A stretch of 64,000 bases of DNA from NCBI GenBank assembly GCA_963422645.2, contig CAXXVO010000008.1, forward strand, positions 384,001 through 448,000, in the 5' to 3' direction. The DNA is from Alphaproteobacteria bacterium. Lineage in GTDB: Bacteria; Pseudomonadota; Alphaproteobacteria; UBA828. The translations under genes were made by a program, and so were the position numbers. Positions 57,780 to 64,000 of this stretch are shown here, piece after piece; position 1 is the stretch's first letter; each line of letters opens with the position of its first letter. The notes beneath the pieces were generated by a model. It saw nothing but the letters and a program-made list of their open reading frames with translations, was not told the DNA's origin and searched no databases.

Positions 57780-59492
57780 TCATCCGATGAACCCGAGGCT
57801 CTCGAGCTTGACGAAGACCCGGTGGGCCGCGAGATCGGGTCGAATGACAGCGGTGTCGATTTCGATGTCGGGCTCTTCGGGTGGCTCGTAAGGGTCGTCG
57901 ATGCCGGTGAATCCTTCGATGAGTCCGGCCCTCGCCCTCGCATAGAGACCCTTTCGGTCACGCGCCTCGCAGGTCTCGAGCGGCGTCGAGACGTAGACCT
58001 CGACGAACCCCCCGACCGCTTCGATGGTCTCTCGCAGCTCGCGCCGGGTGGCCGCGTAGGGTGCGATGGGCGCGCAAATCGCGATACCGCCGTTTCGTGC
58101 GATCTCGGTCGCGACGAACCCGATGCGGCGCAGGTTGATCTCCCGGTGCTCGCGGGAGAAGCCGAGCTCGCTCGAGAGGTTCTTGCGCACGATGTCCCCG
58201 TCGAGGAGCGTGACCTGCCGCTCGCCGTTCTCGCGCAACATGGCGACGAGCGCATGCGCGAGCGTGGACTTGCCGGCGCCCGAAAGCCCGGTGAACAGGA
58301 CCACGAAGCCCTGCCGGTCGCGCGGCGGGTATGCGCGGCGCAGCTCGGCCGAGACCTCCGGGTCGGTGAACCAGTCCGGGATATCGAGCCCGAGCGCGAG
58401 GCGGCGGCGAAGCTCGGTCCCGCTCAGCCTGAGCACCCGGTCCTCGTTCGAGACCCGGTCGGCCTCAAGATACTTGGCCCGGTTCTCGACGTAGACCACC
58501 TCCTGAAGCGGCACCATGGCGATGTCGAGCTCGCTTTCGTGCTCGGCCATCAGCGCCTGCGCGTCGTAGGGGCCATAGAAGGGCCGGCCGTTGCGGCCCA
58601 CGTCCGGGGCCGCGTGGTCGGGTCCAACAACGAAGTGCGTGCACCCGTGGTTCTTGTTGATGATCGCGTGCCAGATCGCCTCGCGCGGGCCCGCCATGCG
58701 CAGAGCGAGATTGAGCAGGCTCAGCGTCGTGGTCTGGTCGGGAAACTGCGGGAGAACCCGCTCGTAGCAGCGGACCCGGGTGTAGTGGTCGACATCCCCC
58801 GGCGCGGTCTCGCCCACCACGGCATGGAGCAGAAGGTTCGCTTCGCAGGCGCGCGCGGCCTGCATCGAGAGCGCGACCTGGGCGCGGTGCAGCGGCTTGC
58901 GGGTCTGGAAGGCGACCACACGCCGCCACCCGAGCTTGCGGAAGCGCTCCCGCAGCTCAGCGGGAGAGTTTCGCAGCGCCCGGTGATCGTAGTGCAGGAT
59001 CGGCTCGAGCCCGAATACACGACCGCTCACGCAGACCGGATGCGTCCGATGAAGCAGGCGGGACACCCCGGGGTGAGCGTCATCGGCGGTGCCGTAGACG
59101 GCGCGCGCCTCCTCGTCCTTCTCGGGGCGCCATGTCTCGCCCACCTCCATGAGCGCGGCAAGCAGGCCTTCGCCGTCGCGGAGCGCGATCGTCTCCCCAA
59201 GCTCGAGACTCGCCGCGAAGTCCTCGCTCACGTCGAGCGTGACCGGGACCGGCCAGAGCACGCCCGAAGGGAGCCGCATGCCGCGAAGCACTCCCTCGTA
59301 TTCGAAGGGGCTCATGAATCCCTCGAGGGGAGAGAAGGCGCCGTTCAGCAACAACTCGACATCGCAGAGCTGGCGCGCGCTGAGGTCCCAGCTCTTCGCG
59401 TCCCTGGATCGGCGAAGCGCGTCGTCGCGCGCGGACCCGTCGAGGTATCCGCTCCTGAGCTTGCCGCCGTGCGGCGTCTTGAACGCGCCCAC
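57780..59492 (-). CDS. Bifunctional sulfate adenylyltransferase-like / adenylylsulfate kinase (Sat-CysC); start approximate
   Basis: 'PHGGKL', 'CDVELLLNGAFSPLEGFM', 'MAGPREA.WHAI', C-terminal 'FTGLSGAGKST', 'LLDGDIVR', 'FTGIDDPYE.P'. Confidence 0.92.
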   Translation of the reverse strand: MGAFKTPHGGKLRSGYLDGSARDDALRRSRDAKSWDLSARQLCDVELLLNGAFSPLEGFMSPFEYEGVLRGMRLPSGVLWPVPVTLDVSEDFAASLELGETIALRDGEGLLAALMEVGETWRPEKDEEARAVYGTADDAHPGVSRLLHRTHPVCVSGRVFGLEPILHYDHRALRNSPAELRERFRKLGWRRVVAFQTRKPLHRAQVALSMQAARACEANLLLHAVVGETAPGDVDHYTRVRCYERVLPQFPDQTTTLSLLNLALRMAGPREAIWHAIINKNHGCTHFVVGPDHAAPDVGRNGRPFYGPYDAQALMAEHESELDIAMVPLQEVVYVENRAKYLEADRVSNEDRVLRLSGTELRRRLALGLDIPDWFTDPEVSAELRRAYPPRDRQGFVVLFTGLSGAGKSTLAHALVAMLRENGERQVTLLDGDIVRKNLSSELGFSREHREINLRRIGFVATEIARNGGIAICAPIAPYAATRRELRETIEAVGGFVEVYVSTPLETCEARDRKGLYARARAGLIEGFTGIDDPYEPPEEPDIEIDTAVIRPDLAAHRVFVKLESLGFIG

Positions 59493-59654
59493 CCTCGTAT
59501 CCTGCCTCGGATCTTGCGGCACGTGCCGTCTGCGCCCCGGGACGCGGATTCTAGTGCGCACTGGTGTCTCGTAAAGTCGCGCCCGTCCTTCTTTATCCGT
59601 GCGGCCGCCTCGGACGCCAACCCGGCGGCGTTCGCCTTGACAGCGGGCGCTCGG

Positions 59655-62127
59655 CAATGGCATTCATTTGGCGCGAAGATTGTTCCGGGGTTTTTTGGTG
59701 GTGTCGTAACGAGTTGATTTCTTGTGTGGATTGTCGGTCTCGGCGTTTCCCGCACGAGGGGGATTGACCGGCGGCGTGTGCTTTGGCACACTGTGGCTGT
59801 CCCCCTGTCAGTGGAGCCGGCCCATGGACCCCCGCATCACCGCGCTGAAGTCGACGACCTTTTTCGGCAGACGTCTGACCCGCCGGCAGATTGCCGACAT
59901 CCAGGAGACGGTGGCGCTGTTTCCGGCGATCAGCCGCAACGAGCTCGGGCACACGATCTGCGAGCATTTGAACTGGCGCGCGCCGAGCGGGCGGAACCGT
60001 GTCGCGGTCTGCCTGCGGATGCTGGAGGAGTTGGAGCGGCTGGGCATCCTGACCCTGCCGGCGCGGGACGAGGCGCAGGTGCGGGGGCCGCAGGAGGCGA
60101 TGGCCCGGAGCGAGCGGACGGCGCCGGCCGCGGCGATCGCGGAGGACCTGGCCGCGCTGATGCCGCTGCGCCTGTCGATTGCGGCGGGCAAGGAGGAGGG
60201 CGGGCTGTGGAACGAGTTCGTCGCGCGCCACCACTATCTCGGGCTGCATCGTCTGGTCGGCGCGCATCTGCGCTATTTTCTCCTGGACCGCCACGGGCGG
60301 CCTCTGGGCTGCCTTCTGTTTGCCCGGGCGTCGCGCACGCTGCCCTGCCGCGACGAGTGGATCGGGTGGCCGGCGGAAGGCTTCCGCAAGCACCTCGATC
60401 TGGTCGTGGGTCACACGCGTTTCCTGATCTTTCCCTGGGTCCGGGTCGACAACCTGGCGTCGAAAGCGCTGTCGATGGCGCTGCGCCAGCTGCCCGGCGA
60501 CTGGGAGGCGCGCTTCGGAGCGCGCCCGGTTCTGGTGGAGACCTTCGTGGACCCCAGCCTCTTCGACGGCGCCTGCTACCGCGCGGCCAACTGGCGCTGT
60601 CTCGGCGAGACCGGGGGCGGCAAGGGCAAGACCCGCAAAAGCGTCTACGTCTACCCGCTGACGCCGGACTTCCGCTCGATCCTGCTCGAAGGCCCGCGGC
60701 CGGCGCGGCGCGGGAACAGGACACGGCCGGCAGCGCTGGCGCCGGACGATCCCTTCGTGGCGCTGTGGCAGGACCTGATCGGCGCACTGGCGGCGGTGGC
60801 CGCCGATCACGACCGGGTGTGGCAGAGCCGCCGGCGGGTCCTCGACACCCTTCTCGTCATGCTCTTCATCTTCCGGCTGGCGTTCTCGAACGGCCGCGCG
60901 GGCTACGCCACGACGCTGGCCGGGCTGTGGGAGCAGTGCCGGGTCCTGGGCGTCGCACTGCCGCAGCCGGCGCCGGTCTCGGCCTCGGCGATGTGCATGG
61001 CGCGGGCCAAGGTCGACGAGGCGGTGTTCAAGACGCTGCACGCCGAGATCCTCAAGCGCGCCGACGGCCCGGCCTGGAAGGGCCACCGCGTGTTCGCGGT
61101 CGACGGCTCCAAGCTCAACCTGCCGCGGCCGCTGCTCAAGGCCGGCTACCGCACGCCCTCCGAGGCGGCCCACTACCCGCAGGGCCTGCTGAGTTGCCTC
61201 TACCGGCTGCACGCGAACATCCCGGTGGACTTCGACCTGGTCGCGCACGGCGACGAAAGAAGGGCCGCCCTCGCCCACCTCAAGGCGCTCTCGGCCAACG
61301 ACATCGTGGTCTATGACCGCGGCTACTACTCTTGGGAGATGCTGCACGCCCATGTCGCCCGCGGCCTGCACCCCGTGTTCCGGATCAAGAAGAAGGCAGG
61401 CGCCGCCCTCGACGCCTTCATCGCCGACGGCCGCACGGACGCGCCGATCACCGTCGCTCCCGGAAAGGACACCCTGAGAAAGCTGCGCCGCAAGACGCCG
61501 CACGTCGACGCCACCCCGCTGCGCCTGCGACTGGTCCGCTACCGCACCGGCAGCACGGTCTTCATCCTCGCCACCACCCTCCTCGACCCCAAGGCCTGGA
61601 GCGTCGCGGAACTGGCCGAGCTCTATCACGCGCGCTGGGGAATCGAGGAACTCTACAAGACCTCGAAACAGGCCATGGCCGTCGAGGCCTTCCACAGCCA
61701 GACCGAGCGCGGCGTCCGCCAGGAGCTCTTCGCCCACTTCAACCTCATCGCCATGACCCGGCTCTTCACCAACCGCAGCAACGCAAGCCTCGACGCCGAG
61801 CGCCCTGCCGACGGCAAGCCGGCGATGAAAGCCAACTTCAGCAACGGCCTCGCCACCGTCGCGCGCAACCTCGAAGCGCTGCTGCTGCGCCATACGGCGA
61901 TGGTCGCCGAAACCCTCAGCCATGTCCTCTCCTGCATCAACCAGGCGCGTCAGCGCCCGCGCCCCGGCCGGTCCTGCGAACGCAGGTCGCGCAAACCCCG
62001 CGGCAAGTGGGCACGCGCAAAGCGGGCCGTCGCCTGAACACCTGAACGACAGAAACGCACGCAACCGACAGCGCAAGAACACGACTCCTTAAGTGAACAG
62101 TCGAAAACCGCTAAGTGAATGCCATTG
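59655..62127 (+). mobile_element. IS4-family element (2473 bp) encoding a DUF4338-transposase fusion
   Basis: TIRs caatggcattcatttggcg / cgctaagtgaatgccattg (17/19); 10-bp TSD gggcgctcgg at 59645-59654 and 62128-62137. Confidence 0.95.
59824..62037 (+). CDS. DUF4338 (Druantia DruA-like) domain fused to an IS4 DDE transposase
   Basis: N-half 'WNEFVARHHYLG', 'RDEWIGW', 'RFLIFPWVRV.NLAS', 'LVETFVD...G.CYRAANW..LGET.G'. C-half AVDGS, VYDRGY, and YREK motif 'YHARWGIEELYK'. Confidence 0.9.
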   Translation: MDPRITALKSTTFFGRRLTRRQIADIQETVALFPAISRNELGHTICEHLNWRAPSGRNRVAVCLRMLEELERLGILTLPARDEAQVRGPQEAMARSERTAPAAAIAEDLAALMPLRLSIAAGKEEGGLWNEFVARHHYLGLHRLVGAHLRYFLLDRHGRPLGCLLFARASRTLPCRDEWIGWPAEGFRKHLDLVVGHTRFLIFPWVRVDNLASKALSMALRQLPGDWEARFGARPVLVETFVDPSLFDGACYRAANWRCLGETGGGKGKTRKSVYVYPLTPDFRSILLEGPRPARRGNRTRPAALAPDDPFVALWQDLIGALAAVAADHDRVWQSRRRVLDTLLVMLFIFRLAFSNGRAGYATTLAGLWEQCRVLGVALPQPAPVSASAMCMARAKVDEAVFKTLHAEILKRADGPAWKGHRVFAVDGSKLNLPRPLLKAGYRTPSEAAHYPQGLLSCLYRLHANIPVDFDLVAHGDERRAALAHLKALSANDIVVYDRGYYSWEMLHAHVARGLHPVFRIKKKAGAALDAFIADGRTDAPITVAPGKDTLRKLRRKTPHVDATPLRLRLVRYRTGSTVFILATTLLDPKAWSVAELAELYHARWGIEELYKTSKQAMAVEAFHSQTERGVRQELFAHFNLIAMTRLFTNRSNASLDAERPADGKPAMKANFSNGLATVARNLEALLLRHTAMVAETLSHVLSCINQARQRPRPGRSCERRSRKPRGKWARAKRAVA

Positions 62128-62167
62128 GGGCGCTCGGGGGTGCGAGCGCCGCGACGGCAGGAGAGAT

Positions 62168-63072
62168 ATGCCGTCCCGATTGACTGACAGGGAGTCGCGA
62201 CGGAGGCAGGGGACACCAAGGGCTGTCGGACTCGGCGGAGTGCCGATCGGCAGTCAGACCCTCGCTGCATGCGAAAGCAAGGGTTTCGACCTCCCCCCCC
62301 GGGTCCGGATCGAAAAGGCCAAGGCGGAGGAAAGCCTGGCCTCCTTCGCACGCGAGAACCCCGGAGCCGACATTCCCGAGCCCGAATGGGTTCGCCGCGC
62401 GCCGCACATAGCGAAGGCGGAAGCCGCGCTCATGAAGGCGCAGGCCAAAATGAAGCAGGCGCAACTCTGGCTCGACCGAACGGAGATCTCCCTTCCTTAC
62501 GACGTCCGGGTAACGGCGTCGGATATCGATGTCGGCCAGTTCGTCGGTCCCGCCGATCTCGTCGGTCGAGCCTCGACCTTGGGCTCCGTGTATCGGACCG
62601 ACGCGCTCCAGGTCAGAGTGCCCATCGAAGAGGACAGCCTCGCCTATCTCGCGCCGGCCATCGGTCGTTCCGCCACAATTCGAACCGCGTCGGGAAGCTA
62701 CAACGCTGTAGTGGAGCGCACGTCTGCGATCGTCGGTCCCAAGTCTCGTCTCGCGGCAGTCTTCCTGAAATTCGCGGAGGATCACCCGGCGGAGACGCTG
62801 CCGCTCCCCGGCTCGTTCGTGGAGGTTTCGATCGCGGGGCCCGTGCACGACAACGTGTTCCTCCTTCGGAATCGGCGATGCAGGACCGGGGCAGCGTCTG
62901 GGTCGTCGAAGGCGGTGCGCTGAAGGCCGTGATGCCGCGCACACTGGGACACGCCGACGGCGGAGTGGTGGTGGAGGCGTTCGACGCGGGCGAGGGCATC
63001 GTCGTCGGCTCCTTGCCGGGAGCGCGAGAGGGATTGGCCGTCGAGGTCAGCGCCGCGCAGGCGTCGGAATAG
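62168..63072 (+). pseudogene. RND membrane-fusion protein, N-terminally truncated/chimeric, frameshift near 62865
   Basis: Hairpin helix plus 'LDRTEISLPYD', 'VGQFV', 'PGSFVEVSIAG', then in another frame 'ESAMQ..GSVWVV'. The N-terminal TM and first lipoyl half are absent. Confidence 0.75.
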
Positions 63073-63084
63073 CGGAGCCGGGCC

Positions 63085-64000
63085 ATGAGCATGACCGACG
63101 CCGGCAGCACCAACGCCGGGCCCGCGGCGCAGCCGAGCCCGACCGGACTGAAGTCGGGGCTGATCGCCTACTTCGCCGGCAATCGCGTTGCCGCCAACCT
63201 GCTGATGGTTCTTCTGATCGTCGGTGGTGTGCTTTCGGGGCTCCAACTCATCGTCCAGTACTATCCGGATATCGAAGCGCGGCGGGCCGCCGTTTCGGTG
63301 CTCTATCCGGGCGCCTCGCCCCAGGAGGTCGAGGAGGACATCAACCGCCGCATCGAGGAGGCCGTCGTCGGGTTGCCGGGCGTCGAGCGCGTGGTATCGA
63401 CCGCGAGCCAGGGCATCGGCAAGGTCACGGCAGAGATGGCGACCTTCGCGGATGTCGACGCCGTCTTCAACGATATTCAGAGTGCGATCGACAGCATCGA
63501 GAACTTCCCGCCGGTCAGGGCGGAACAGCCGGACGTCGAACTTCTCAAGGTCTCCCACGAAGTCATGACGCTGGCGGTCGTGTCCTCCAGTCTGTCCGAG
63601 GACGGACTGCGCCTCGCGGCGGAAGGCCTGCGCGACAGGGTATTGGCGCTGCCCTCCGTCTCCCAGGTAGGGCTGAAAGGCACCCGGGACCGCGAGATCG
63701 CGATAGAGCTCAGCGAAGAGGAGCTGCGCCGCCACGGCCTTTCCATCGGCGAAGTGTCCAGAAAGGTGAGGCGAGCGTCCCTCAACCTCACCATGGGCGA
63801 GATACGGACGGACACCGGCAGCGTGATCCTGCAAACCGTCGCCAAGAGGAGCGTCGGCCAGGATTTCGAGGACATTCCGCTCATCACTCAGACCGACGGC
63901 ACGATCGTGAAGCTCGGCGAGGTCGCCACGATTCGCGACGGCTTTGTCGACGAGGACGTGGTCACCGAGGTTAACGGCCATCCGGCGGTGCTCGTTCGCG
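63085..64000 (+). CDS. RND (AcrB-family) permease, runs off the window
   Basis: 'IAYFAGNRVAANLLM', 'YPGASPQEVEE.I..RIEEAV', 'REIAIELSE..LR.HGLSI' read directly from ATG 63085 (not in the ORF track). Confidence 0.9.
   Translation, partial: MSMTDAGSTNAGPAAQPSPTGLKSGLIAYFAGNRVAANLLMVLLIVGGVLSGLQLIVQYYPDIEARRAAVSVLYPGASPQEVEEDINRRIEEAVVGLPGVERVVSTASQGIGKVTAEMATFADVDAVFNDIQSAIDSIENFPPVRAEQPDVELLKVSHEVMTLAVVSSSLSEDGLRLAAEGLRDRVLALPSVSQVGLKGTRDREIAIELSEEELRRHGLSIGEVSRKVRRASLNLTMGEIRTDTGSVILQTVAKRSVGQDFEDIPLITQTDGTIVKLGEVATIRDGFVDEDVVTEVNGHPAVLVR

Noticed and set aside
59824-60700. A Druantia defence system
   Set aside because: Only a DUF4338-like domain inside an IS; no DruE helicase or other dru genes are in the window.

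Overview
High-GC (roughly 69%) bacterial chromosome segment, most consistent with an alphaproteobacterium (rsmB-rpe-heparinase II/III block, CIRCE-controlled groES/groEL, membrane-anchored cytochrome c). 1-12.3 kb is an accessory region: Rpn-type nuclease C-terminus, helicase-associated protein, two tandem tyrosine integrases, a TbpB-like surface lipoprotein and its Slam exporter. The Slam gene is broken and fused in frame to what looks like a phage spanin pair. The middle of the window is metabolic and housekeeping genes (RND pump, DMT exporters, Amt, ABC transporter plus catabolic enzymes). There are four near-identical copies of a single-ORF IS66-family element (1888 bp, GTAACTGCCCAGGT ends, 8-bp TSDs). 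Two form a tandem dimer at the junction of a DUF433/DUF5615 toxin-antitoxin pair, one sits inside a fic gene, and one lacks its right end. The two reconstructable target sites share GAGAATGAT in the same orientation, and the element carries an unexplained, highly base-pairable 268-nt non-coding right end with short matches to that motif; this is the best candidate for something new, but still a hypothesis. Also present: a complete IS4 element whose transposase is fused to a DUF4338/DruA-like domain, a fic islet bounded by a duplicated groEL terminator, a MITE, a TAXI binding protein lacking one lobe, and a Sat-CysC with a degenerate sulfurylase active site. Three single-base frameshifts (dsbA, doeA, MFP) may be sequencing errors. 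All family assignments come from motif recognition by eye, not from database searches.
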